NCBI RefSeq assembly: GCF_014280195.1
Contig: NZ_CP047960.1
Coordinates: 630,001-662,000, forward strand
Direction: 5' to 3'
From: Synechococcus sp. A15-24
GTDB lineage: Bacteria; Cyanobacteriota; Cyanobacteriia; PCC-6307; Cyanobiaceae
DNA: 32,000 bases
Shown here: piece after piece, positions 22,747 through 31,019 of the stretch
How positions within the stretch are numbered: position 1 is the stretch's first letter
Layout of the letters: the number at the start of each line of letters is the position of its first letter
The notes under the pieces: generated by a model
Told to the model about the DNA's origin: nothing
The model's input: the letters and a program-made list of their open reading frames with translations, nothing else
Database searches by the model: none
Program-made: the position numbers and the translations under genes

Positions 22747-24116
22747 GCCGTCAGCGATTCAATCGCGGCCTTGAACTCGCTGCGTGGCTTGACGCCACGC
22801 CATTGCCTCACCATTGCTTTGTTGTGGAACAGCTGCACAGTCGGTGTCCCACTCACACCGGCCTGTTCGGCGATGGCCTGATCCGCTTCGATATCAATCA
22901 CGACAGCCTGGGCATGGCCATCGAGCTCATTGATTACACGCTGAAGCTGTGGCTTGAGCACATGGCACGGTCCACAGGTTGGTGAGGTGTAAATCACGAG
23001 CAGTGGCTTGTCACTGTCGTGATAAAGCTTGCGGAGGGCGAAGCTGCCTTTCTGCCACAGCCCCTTCGGGTCGTAGCTCTCCTCGGTGGTCACGGCCACA
23101 TTCACCGGTTGTTCCGCTTTGGCTGGCTCCACGGATGCCCTGGGAACGCGTGTTGCCAGGTTGTGGTGGGTGAGCCAGCGCTCCGCCACCAGAGCCGCCT
23201 TGCAGCCACTGCCTGCGGCGGTGATGCCTTGTCTCCATTCGGCGTCGGCGACGTCACCTGCTGAAAAGACGCCGTCCACGGAGGTTTCTGGGCGTCCTGA
23301 TGCTGTAACCAAATACCCCTTCCCGTCCAGTTCGATCTGGCCTTTGAGCAGATCGGTGTTGGGGGTATGTCCGATGGCATAGAAAAGCCCTCGCACCGCG
23401 AGGGTTCGGGTCTCGCTGGTCTGTCGGTCCCGAAGGATGAGGGACTCCATCCACGCCCCCCCTGCCACGTCCTCGATTTCACTGTTCCAGTGCACGGTGA
23501 TGGCTGGATTGGCCATCACGCGATCGGCCATGGCAGCGCTGGCTCGGAATTGGTCGGAGCGCACGATCAGATGAACATGACTGCCGTACTTGGTGAGATA
23601 AACCGCTTCTTCGCAAGCGGAGTCACCTCCACCCACTACGGCCAGTTCCTCATTGCGGAACTGGGGAGTGGCCCCATCGCAGATCGCGCAGGCACTGATG
23701 CCACTGCTCCAGAAGCGATCCTCTGTGGGTAAACCAAGCCGGTTAGCGCTGGCTCCGGTGGCAATGACGACGGCATGGGCCTGGATTGTTTGTCCTTCCG
23801 CTTCGATGCGGAAGGGTCTCTGGCTCAGGTCAATCCGGTCTGCATCGGCCTCGATGAGGTGTGTGCCCCAGCGCACAGCCTGGGCCTTCATCAGATCCAT
23901 CAAGTCTGGCCCCAGAATCCCATCGGGGAAACCCGGGAAATTCTCCACGTGGGTCGTGGTCATCAATTGGCCGCCAGGGATGCCTCCCCGCTGGAACCCC
24001 GTGATCAGCAGCGGCTGCAGGTTCGCCCGTGCTGCGTAGATGGCGGCTGTGTAGCCAGCAGGTCCAGACCCAACAATGACAAGGTTTTCAACGTGCCCGG
24101 AAGCTTCAACGGACAT
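22743..24116 (-). CDS. NADPH-dependent thioredoxin reductase C (NTRC): thioredoxin reductase fused to a thioredoxin domain (457 aa).
   Basis: [16 protein letters not shown] (FAD), the CAICDG redox centre and a second GGGDSA Rossmann motif are present. A C-terminal thioredoxin domain carries TCGPC. Confidence 0.93.
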   Translation of the reverse strand: MSVEASGHVENLVIVGSGPAGYTAAIYAARANLQPLLITGFQRGGIPGGQLMTTTHVENFPGFPDGILGPDLMDLMKAQAVRWGTHLIEADADRIDLSQRPFRIEAEGQTIQAHAVVIATGASANRLGLPTEDRFWSSGISACAICDGATPQFRNEELAVVGGGDSACEEAVYLTKYGSHVHLIVRSDQFRASAAMADRVMANPAITVHWNSEIEDVAGGAWMESLILRDRQTSETRTLAVRGLFYAIGHTPNTDLLKGQIELDGKGYLVTASGRPETSVDGVFSAGDVADAEWRQGITAAGSGCKAALVAERWLTHHNLATRVPRASVEPAKAEQPVNVAVTTEESYDPKGLWQKGSFALRKLYHDSDKPLLVIYTSPTCGPCHVLKPQLQRVINELDGHAQAVVIDIEADQAIAEQAGVSGTPTVQLFHNKAMVRQWRGVKPRSEFKAAIESLTA

Positions 24117-24193
24117 TCACTAATGCGGAATGACTATGAGTTGAGTCTACGGAAGACGGCGTGCGGCTCGAGAGCTGACCTAGACAGCAACTT

Positions 24194-24216
24194 CAAAAAT
24201 GTTCTATTGGAACATT
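24194..24216 (-). terminator. AT-rich hairpin with a short U-run downstream of the small ORF at 24241.
   Basis: The minus strand reads AATGTTC-caata-GAACATT followed by TTTG (stem at 24198-24204 and 24210-24216). The stem is weak. Confidence 0.35.
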
Positions 24217-24240
24217 GATGAAGGCAATTTAATAAATTCT

Positions 24241-24525
24241 TCAGATTTCAAGTTGATAATCGCTTGACGATTCGTCGCGCATCATTCCGCGTTTGCTTGG
24301 ATTGCGGGGGACGGCCAGAACATTGGCTTTAAGCATGGCTTCGTCTTCGCCCATGCAGGTGATCCATTCACGGAATTCTTCCGTTACCGCATAACTGTCT
24401 TCATAACGCTCATCCTTGTCAAGGACAGCGATCCGGGTTGAGGCCCAGCATGTGGCAACGCTGACTCGACGTTCCATTGCAGCGTCCATGGTTACCCCTA
24501 ACGGAAGAACAGAATGAAGGATCAA
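24241..24525 (-). CDS. Hypothetical small protein (82-94 aa) in a locally lower-GC patch.
   Basis: The ORF has possible starts at 24525, 24489 (MDAAMERR) or 24477. No family was recognised, and codon third positions are less GC-biased than in neighbouring genes. Confidence 0.4.
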   Translation of the reverse strand: MILHSVLPLGVTMDAAMERRVSVATCWASTRIAVLDKDERYEDSYAVTEEFREWITCMGEDEAMLKANVLAVPRNPSKRGMMRDESSSDYQLEI

Positions 24526-24585
24526 GGTCCCCGGTCAGGGCTTGATTTTGCAGAAATTCGCATTTTTCTCTGCAGAAAGATGTCG

Positions 24586-24846
24586 TCAACGCTGCAAAAA
24601 AGAGGGCAGTTGCGGCGTTTTCAGGCGGATCATGGCCCCTGCTCCGTCGTTCACCGCCTCCAGCGGCAAGCTGGGACCTCTTCCACGAACAGGGGAATCG
24701 CCGATAGGGGCCTGGCCGCTGTCCTGCGAGGACAGCACGTAAGGCTCAGCCACGGACCAGGAGCGGGCGTAGCTCATCAGCAAAGGGTCCGCAGGGGCCA
24801 CCACGTACGAGGGGTTGCGGGGAACTTGCTCCTGTTCCGCTAGCAC
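24586..24846 (-). CDS. Hypothetical 86-aa ORF that overlaps the helicase stop. It is either a coupled gene or a frameshifted helicase C-terminus.
   Basis: The GTG at 24846 overlaps the helicase TAG (GTGCTAG). Third-codon positions are strongly G/C, as in genuine genes of this genome. The frame stays open upstream of the GTG. Confidence 0.35.
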   Translation of the reverse strand: MLAEQEQVPRNPSYVVAPADPLLMSYARSWSVAEPYVLSSQDSGQAPIGDSPVRGRGPSLPLEAVNDGAGAMIRLKTPQLPSFLQR

Positions 24847-26039
24847 AGGGTCATGCGCACGGCTCGAGTAATGCCTTGCAGGAAACGGCTGCGGGTGACC
24901 ACCGTCGTCAGATACGCCACCACCCTGAGGCGGGGGGCATCAAATCCTTCGGCACACATGTCGATGCTCACCAACCAGTCCGCTCCACCGGCCTGAAATC
25001 CATTGAGCCGAGCCGACGCCTCCGGGTCCTGGGAGTGGACCAGATCCACCTTGTGGCCGTCGTCCTCCAAAAGGGTGGCGATGGCTGAGGCATGGTCGAT
25101 GTCGCGGGCGATGACCAGTCCTGCGGCATTGGGCTGCTGCTGTCGAACCCTCGAGAGTCTTCGCTGGGCTTGGAGGATCACCTGTTGACCGATGCAGCTG
25201 CTGTCGGCCAGCCGGATAGCTCGACGCAGATTGCGGGCACGCCAGCTCTCGCGATGCTCCTGAGAGAGAGGCGAGACATCACGATCGGGTCGGCCCTCCT
25301 GGCTGTGCTCCACCCAGCCATCTTGAAAGTGAAATTCCAGTGGGCGCACGTCTCCCGCGGCGATCAGGTCCCTCGGTTCCACGCAGAGATCGGGCTGAAT
25401 CTGCTCCACCAGCTCTCCGTTCTGGACGGTGCGGATGCGGCGCGCTGCGCAAAAGCCAAGGTTGTCGGCGCGGAAGGGCGTCCCCGTCAATCCCAGGCGC
25501 AGTCGACACCTTGAGGTCTGCTCTGTAAAGGTCTGGCTCCAGGTCGCAGCCCCAGGGTCCTCGGGATCCAGCCCGAGGTGGTGGGCTTCGTCTGCGATGG
25601 CGAGCATGCTCGAGCCAGGCCAGGAGCCGAGCGCTGTCGCAAGCTGCTGGGGCTGTCGACCGGAGGATTGATAGGTCAACAGCAGACCATCCGCTTGTTT
25701 CAGCTTTTCTGGCTCGCAGGGCCAGCTGACCAGGTCGAGCCCCAACCGCGCTGCGGCTCGTTGCCATTGCTCCAGGATCGAGTTGCGGTGACAGAACACC
25801 AGGAAATGTTGAAGCCGTTGTTCCTGACGCATGCTGCGGAAGGCCAGCAGCGCGCCAAGGGTCTTTCCTGCACCTGGCCCTGCAAAAACGAGGACATCTT
25901 GTTCTTCAATCGCTTCACCATCCAGGCGACGACGTAGAAGCTGAATCAGATGGGTTTGCCACTGTCTGGGTTGGATCGCGGACCCGGATCCTGAAGGCCC
26001 TACGTCAAAGCTGTAAGGAGAGATGGTGTGCCTGGGCAA
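24840..26039 (-). CDS. Superfamily-2 DEAD/DEAH-box helicase (type III restriction Res-subunit-like) (399 aa).
   Basis: It has Walker A AGPGAGKT, the DEAH box IADEAHHLG and motif VI-like LQGITRAVR only 5 residues before the stop. The start is TTG at 26039. Confidence 0.82.
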   Translation of the reverse strand: MPRHTISPYSFDVGPSGSGSAIQPRQWQTHLIQLLRRRLDGEAIEEQDVLVFAGPGAGKTLGALLAFRSMRQEQRLQHFLVFCHRNSILEQWQRAAARLGLDLVSWPCEPEKLKQADGLLLTYQSSGRQPQQLATALGSWPGSSMLAIADEAHHLGLDPEDPGAATWSQTFTEQTSRCRLRLGLTGTPFRADNLGFCAARRIRTVQNGELVEQIQPDLCVEPRDLIAAGDVRPLEFHFQDGWVEHSQEGRPDRDVSPLSQEHRESWRARNLRRAIRLADSSCIGQQVILQAQRRLSRVRQQQPNAAGLVIARDIDHASAIATLLEDDGHKVDLVHSQDPEASARLNGFQAGGADWLVSIDMCAEGFDAPRLRVVAYLTTVVTRSRFLQGITRAVRMTLC

Positions 26040-26129
26040 AGATGAGTCTTTTTAACCATTTCGAACCACTTCGGCATCTCTAGGTTCCGGCCATCAGCGT
26101 TTGTTCCGGATCACCAGCCGACTCCTGCC

Positions 26130-26306
26130 ATGGCCAAAGGCCGCCCATCACCTGAGTCCCTCGAGCAGCTTCGGCGCCAACTCGATCGGTGTTGGCAGGA
26201 CGATTGTGATATCGACCACCTAATCCTGCGGGCCCGTCAGCTGCGTCGTTGGGGACGCTGGCGTCAGGCCCGATCTCTAGAACAGGAAGTGTTACCGCTC
26301 GTTTAA
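26130..26306 (+). CDS. Possible small Arg/Trp-rich protein (58 aa).
   Basis: Manual translation gives MAKGRPSPESLEQLRRQLDRCWQDDCDIDHLILRARQLRRWGRWRQARSLEQEVLPLV. It fills an otherwise empty 270-nt gap. High GC makes chance ORFs common here. Confidence 0.25.
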   Translation: MAKGRPSPESLEQLRRQLDRCWQDDCDIDHLILRARQLRRWGRWRQARSLEQEVLPLV

Positions 26307-26308
26307 AT

Positions 26309-26887
26309 TCAGAGCGCTTCAGCGTGATTGACCACCAGACGTTCAACTTCCAGTAAGGCATCCTCCGCTGCAGTGTGAGCCGCATCGAAGTTCCCTTTGG
26401 CGGCCTCGAGCAGTTGATGGGCCAAACGATCCAGCAGCTCCTGCCGCTTTTCCGCCAACATCGCCACAATCTCCGTCTCCACCAGGGTGCGCACCGCCTG
26501 AATGCGCAGATCATCTTCGGTGGCTTCGGCAAAAGTTCCCTGCACCAGTTCCTGGATGAAAAGGCGGTGCACTTCACTGCTGCGCAGGAAGCTCTCGGTC
26601 GCATTGATGATGCCGTCCACCAAGGTGCGATCCGGTTCTGACTCGCGTTCGTTGAGCTTGAACTCCCAGTCGAGATGACGGCGCTGCCAACCCGCGGCAT
26701 GCAGGCTCGGCATCACGCTTTGGGAGAAGCTGTCCACCGATATTTCATAGATCCGCTCCGCCAGCCGCTCGCACCAGTCGCGTCCGTGCTCCTCAAGGGT
26801 GGATTGCATGGCCCGACGTTCAACGGAATGACCTCCGTGGTGGCTGTGGCAGACGCCGTCGGGACACTCGATTGCGCTGAGACCCAT
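26309..26887 (-). CDS. Hypothetical acidic, helical protein (192 aa from ATG 26887, or 166 aa from ATG 26809).
   Basis: The long track ORF (to 27247) would run through the pntA promoter and 5' region, so I chose an internal ATG. The N-terminus contains CPDGVCHSHHGGH. The rest is helical and Glu/Leu-rich. Confidence 0.55.
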   Translation of the reverse strand: MGLSAIECPDGVCHSHHGGHSVERRAMQSTLEEHGRDWCERLAERIYEISVDSFSQSVMPSLHAAGWQRRHLDWEFKLNERESEPDRTLVDGIINATESFLRSSEVHRLFIQELVQGTFAEATEDDLRIQAVRTLVETEIVAMLAEKRQELLDRLAHQLLEAAKGNFDAAHTAAEDALLEVERLVVNHAEAL

Positions 26888-27012
26888 GGGGAACACAAGA
26901 TTCAATTGTCCAATAGCCAGGGTTGTGCAGCGACCTCTGCATTCTTCAGAAAAGTTCCGGGTCACCAGGAGGCGACCTTCTAACCTCAGGCCGGCCGGTG
27001 GTTGTCCTCGTC

Positions 27013-28152
27013 TTGCCCAGACTTTTAATTCCGGTGGAGTCGACACCGGGGGAAACCCGGGTCGCGGCGACGCCCGACACGGTGAAAAAATTCCTGTCTT
27101 TCGGCTGTGATGTTTCCGTAGAGCGCGGGGCCGGAATAACGTCGGGATACCTCGATCAGGCCTACGCCAATCAGGGTGCTCAGTTGATAGAGCCCGGTCA
27201 TGCATCGGGCTGGTCTCAGGCCGACGTTGTCCTATGTGTCCAACCACCGTCTGCGGCCAGCTTGGCTCTCCTTCGGCAGAGTGCCCTGGTGGTGGGCTTG
27301 CTCTCTCCCTATGCCAATCAGGAGTTGACCGCGAGCCTTAAGCGCAATGCACTCTCGGCCATGGCTCTTGAGCTGCTGCCTCGCATCAGCCGTGCTCAGT
27401 CAGCGGATGCTCTGTCGTCTCAGGCCAATATCGCCGGTTACAAGTCGGTGCTGTTGGCCTCAGCCGCCCTCGACCGTTATTTTCCGATGCTGATGACGGC
27501 GGCTGGCACTGTTCAGCCTGCCAAGGTGGTGATCTTGGGAGCCGGTGTTGCTGGCCTACAGGCCGTCGCAACAGCACGGCGGCTTGGAGCAGTTGTTTAC
27601 GTCAGCGATATCCGCCCAGCCGTGAAGGAGCAGGTGGAATCCCTTGGTGCACGTTTTATCGATCCGCCGGAGCTCGAGGACAAACCAGCCGAATCAGGTG
27701 GTTATGCCAAGCAGGCCTCCGATGCCTTCCTGGCGGCACAGCGACAGCAGCTCTCCGATCAGCTCGCCGAAGCGGATGTGGCGATCTGCACGGCTCAGGT
27801 GCCTGGTCGTCGTGCCCCACGTCTGATCAGTGAGGACATGCTCGACCGCATGCGCCCCGGTGCGGTGGTGGTGGATCTAGCGGTGGCTCAGGGGGGGAAT
27901 TGCGCTGACACTGTTTCTGGGCAAACCGTGGATCGCAAGGGTGTGAAGCTGATCGGTGGCAACGACCTCCCCTGCACTGTGCCTAACCACGCCAGCGCCC
28001 TTTACGCGCGAAATCTGGTGGCACTGCTGGAGCCCACTCTCAAAGATGGTGAACTCAAACTCGACCTCGAGGATGAGTTGATTGCCGGCTGCTTGGTTGC
28101 CCAGGACGGCATCATTCGTCGCGGCGACGTTCTTACCCCTGGTGCCAGCTGA
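27013..28152 (+). CDS. pntA: NAD(P) transhydrogenase alpha subunit, soluble dI part.
   Basis: The sequence (M)PRLLIPVESTPGETRVAATPDTVKKF aligns with the E. coli PntA N-terminus. A GAGVAGLQA Rossmann motif is present. The start is TTG at 27013, with GTG at 26998 as an alternative. Confidence 0.9.
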   Translation: MPRLLIPVESTPGETRVAATPDTVKKFLSFGCDVSVERGAGITSGYLDQAYANQGAQLIEPGHASGWSQADVVLCVQPPSAASLALLRQSALVVGLLSPYANQELTASLKRNALSAMALELLPRISRAQSADALSSQANIAGYKSVLLASAALDRYFPMLMTAAGTVQPAKVVILGAGVAGLQAVATARRLGAVVYVSDIRPAVKEQVESLGARFIDPPELEDKPAESGGYAKQASDAFLAAQRQQLSDQLAEADVAICTAQVPGRRAPRLISEDMLDRMRPGAVVVDLAVAQGGNCADTVSGQTVDRKGVKLIGGNDLPCTVPNHASALYARNLVALLEPTLKDGELKLDLEDELIAGCLVAQDGIIRRGDVLTPGAS

Positions 28153-28448
28153 TGTTCGTTGAATTCCTCTGGGTGTTGCTGCTGGGCAGCCTTCTAGGCC
28201 TTGAACTCATCGGCAAAGTGCCTCCCACCCTCCACACCCCGCTGATGAGCGGGGCCAATGCCATCTCTGGCATCACAGTTCTGGCGGCCCTCACCCTGAT
28301 CATCAAAGCGGGGGATAACCCAGTGCTGCTCTCGCTTGGTGCCGTCTCGCTGGGGTTCGCGCTTTTCAATGTGATCGGTGGCTTCCTGGTCACTGACCGA
28401 ATGCTGGCCATGTTTAGCCGTAAGCCCGCCCGCAAGGAGAACCGCTGA
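28152..28448 (+). CDS. pntA: NAD(P) transhydrogenase alpha subunit, membrane part (PntA-2 / PntAB, 98 aa).
   Basis: It starts MFVEFLWVLLLGSLLGLELIGKVPPTLHTPLMSGANAISGI. The ATG shares one nucleotide with the upstream TGA. Confidence 0.9.
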   Translation: MFVEFLWVLLLGSLLGLELIGKVPPTLHTPLMSGANAISGITVLAALTLIIKAGDNPVLLSLGAVSLGFALFNVIGGFLVTDRMLAMFSRKPARKENR

Positions 28449-29872
28449 TGTCCGCTTCTCTGATCCTCAAATACGCGATCGAACTGGTCGCTGTCCTCCT
28501 GCTGGCTCTGGGTATCAAGGGCCTCTCCAAGGTGCGCTCGGCTCGTGGTGCCAATCAGCTGGCTGCTGTGGCGATGGCCCTGGCAGTTACCGGTTTGCTG
28601 GTCAATTACGCCGGCGATGGTGGCATCGCTGCGACCGCCTGGATCTGGATCATCGCCGGCACTCTGGTGGGCGGAATCCTGGGTGCCATAACGGCTCAAC
28701 GGGTCCCGATGACCTCCATGCCGGAGACCGTCGCTCTGTTCAATGGCTGCGGCGGCATGTCCTCGCTGCTGGTGGCCCTCGGCGTGGCGCTGTTCCCCGA
28801 GGCCGGTGGTTCAGATCTGGTGGCGGTGGTGTCGATTGTCGTGTCGGTGTTTGTCGGTGCGATCACCTTCACCGGCTCGATCGTGGCCATGGCCAAGCTC
28901 CAAGGCTGGTTGTCCACACCCGCCTGGATGCAGAGCCGGCTGCGCCATGCCGTGAACATCGCCCTGGCGGTGCTGTCTCTCGTGGCCGCAGTCAAGTTGA
29001 TTGCATCCGGTGAGGGTGCCCAGGGTCTGTGGTTGCTGGTGATCGGCTCCGGTCTGCTCGGCATCGGCGTCACGCTGCCGATCGGTGGGGCCGACATGCC
29101 GGTGGTGATTTCACTGCTGAACAGTTATTCCGGGGTCGCAGCGGCGGCGGCGGGCTTTGTGGTGGGCAGCCAACTGCTGATCGTGGCGGGAGCCATGGTT
29201 GGAGCAGCCGGCCTGATCCTCACCCAGGTGATGTGTGACGGCATGAACCGTTCCCTGGTGTCCGTTCTGTTCGGCGGTGCCCTTGGAGCAACATCCGGAG
29301 GCGGAGGTGGCGGTGGTGAGTACACCAACATCACTAGCTGCAGTGCTGAGGAATGTGCTCTCACCCTCGAGGCGGCAGAGCGGGTGATCATTGTTCCGGG
29401 CTATGGCCTGGCAGTCGCCCAGGCCCAGCACACCCTGCGGGAGGTGACCCGGGTGTTGGAAAGCGCCGGGATCGATGTGGCCTATGCCATTCATCCTGTG
29501 GCTGGCCGGATGCCTGGACACATGAACGTGCTGCTGGCAGAGGCCGATGTGCCCTATGAGCAGCTCAAGGAAATGGATCAGATCAATCCTGAGTTCCCCG
29601 CCACCGATGTGGTGCTGGTGCTGGGAGCCAACGATGTGGTCAACCCCCAGGCCAAGAACGATTCCAGTTCCCCGCTCTACGGCATGCCTGTGCTCGACGT
29701 TCAGGAGGCCCGCACCGTGTTTGTGGTGAAGCGCGGTATGAGTGCTGGCTACTCCGGCATCAAGAACGACCTGTTTGAACTGGCGAACACGTCGATGGTG
29801 TTTGGTGATGCCAAGAAGGTGCTTGGCGATCTGCTGACGGAACTCAAGGATCTCGGACTGGGCAAGAAGTGA
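28448..29872 (+). CDS. pntB: NAD(P) transhydrogenase beta subunit (474 aa).
   Basis: A multi-TM N-terminal half and a Gly-rich linker are followed by the dIII domain, with IIVPGYGLAVAQAQH, the GRMPGHMNVLLAEA loop and GANDVVNP. Confidence 0.95.
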   Translation: MSASLILKYAIELVAVLLLALGIKGLSKVRSARGANQLAAVAMALAVTGLLVNYAGDGGIAATAWIWIIAGTLVGGILGAITAQRVPMTSMPETVALFNGCGGMSSLLVALGVALFPEAGGSDLVAVVSIVVSVFVGAITFTGSIVAMAKLQGWLSTPAWMQSRLRHAVNIALAVLSLVAAVKLIASGEGAQGLWLLVIGSGLLGIGVTLPIGGADMPVVISLLNSYSGVAAAAAGFVVGSQLLIVAGAMVGAAGLILTQVMCDGMNRSLVSVLFGGALGATSGGGGGGGEYTNITSCSAEECALTLEAAERVIIVPGYGLAVAQAQHTLREVTRVLESAGIDVAYAIHPVAGRMPGHMNVLLAEADVPYEQLKEMDQINPEFPATDVVLVLGANDVVNPQAKNDSSSPLYGMPVLDVQEARTVFVVKRGMSAGYSGIKNDLFELANTSMVFGDAKKVLGDLLTELKDLGLGKK

Positions 29873-30996
29873 TGCCACTGGGCGCTGACGATCCCCAGCT
29901 GCTGAAGCAGCTGGGGATTGAGTTGTTTCAGCAGCGCCTTCCCTGGTTCGGTGGCGACCTGCAGACCTTGCGGGACACGCTCAGGCCGGTGGACTTGCCG
30001 GTTGATCAGGGGGAGCCCGTTCGCATTCCAGTTCCGGCCCTGGCGAGTGGTGCCGCCAAAGCGGGTGAGCTGCTGGCCTATCTGGATCGTCCTCGTTGGA
30101 GCGTTGATGCCGCCGCAGCACAAGCGCCGAAAGCGTTGGTGGTGGTGTTGCACGGTCTGGGGGGCTCCAGTCGCCGTCAGGGTCTGCGCCGGTTGACCCT
30201 CAGCCTGCAAGGGGCCGGATTTGCTGTGTTGCGGTTGAACTTGCGCGGCGCTGACCCGGGCCGGCACTTGGCCGGTGGCACCTACGCCGCTGCCTGCAAC
30301 AGCGATCTGTTGCCCGTCCTCAAGCGGGCTCGCCAAATTGCCGCGTCGTTGGCGCTGGAGGGTGGTCTGCCTCAGCCGTTACCTCTCCTGGGTGCCGGGA
30401 TCTCGCTGGGGGGAACGATGTTGCTGAATGCCTGTCTGGATCAAAGCGGGGCCCTGGATGCGCTGTTTTGTGCCAGCAGTCCCCTGGACCTGGCCGCCTG
30501 CAGTGCATCGATCGAACGGCCGCGCAATCGCATCTACCAACGCTGGCTCCTGCAGCGACTGGTGCGTCAGACCCTTGCTGATCCCTTCGGCGTGACCCCG
30601 GCTGAGGAACAACAGCTTCAGGACCATCCACCCGAGTCGATTCGTGCCTTTGATGCAGCGGTCACAGCACCACGCTGGGGCTTCGCATCGGTGGAGGATT
30701 ACTACGAGGGTGCGTCACCTTTGCCGCGCTTGTTGTCGTCCTGGCAGGTCTTACCGCCGACGTTGTTGCTGCAAGCCCTTGATGATCCCTGGGTCGAAGC
30801 GACGTCAGCTATACAGCTGCAATCGTCGTTGGCTGAACATCATTCCTCTGATTCAGATCAACATCTGAAGATTGTGCTGACAGCCCGTGGCGGTCACAAC
30901 GGTTTTCATGGCCCGGGTGACACGCTCCGCAACGGTTGCTGGTCTGATCGATTGGCGTGTGCCTGGTTCAACAATGTCAGAACCAGGCACTCTTGA
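29872..30996 (+). CDS. YheT-type alpha/beta-fold hydrolase (about 374 aa).
   Basis: VVLHGLGGSS and the GISLGG nucleophile elbow are present. The ATG at 29872 (or GTG at 29869) overlaps the pntB TGA. Confidence 0.8.
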   Translation: MPLGADDPQLLKQLGIELFQQRLPWFGGDLQTLRDTLRPVDLPVDQGEPVRIPVPALASGAAKAGELLAYLDRPRWSVDAAAAQAPKALVVVLHGLGGSSRRQGLRRLTLSLQGAGFAVLRLNLRGADPGRHLAGGTYAAACNSDLLPVLKRARQIAASLALEGGLPQPLPLLGAGISLGGTMLLNACLDQSGALDALFCASSPLDLAACSASIERPRNRIYQRWLLQRLVRQTLADPFGVTPAEEQQLQDHPPESIRAFDAAVTAPRWGFASVEDYYEGASPLPRLLSSWQVLPPTLLLQALDDPWVEATSAIQLQSSLAEHHSSDSDQHLKIVLTARGGHNGFHGPGDTLRNGCWSDRLACAWFNNVRTRHS

Positions 30997-31019
30997 AAAC
31001 GAATGTTCAGTGAAGTTGT

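Noticed and set aside
26080-26700. A 206-aa minus-strand ORF and the 312-aa extension of ORF 26309..27247.
   Set aside because: The 206-aa ORF overlaps the better-supported 26309..26887 frame and has Arg/Trp/Cys-rich junk-like composition. The 312-aa version would cover the pntA 5' end and promoter, so internal ATGs at 26887 or 26809 are more plausible.
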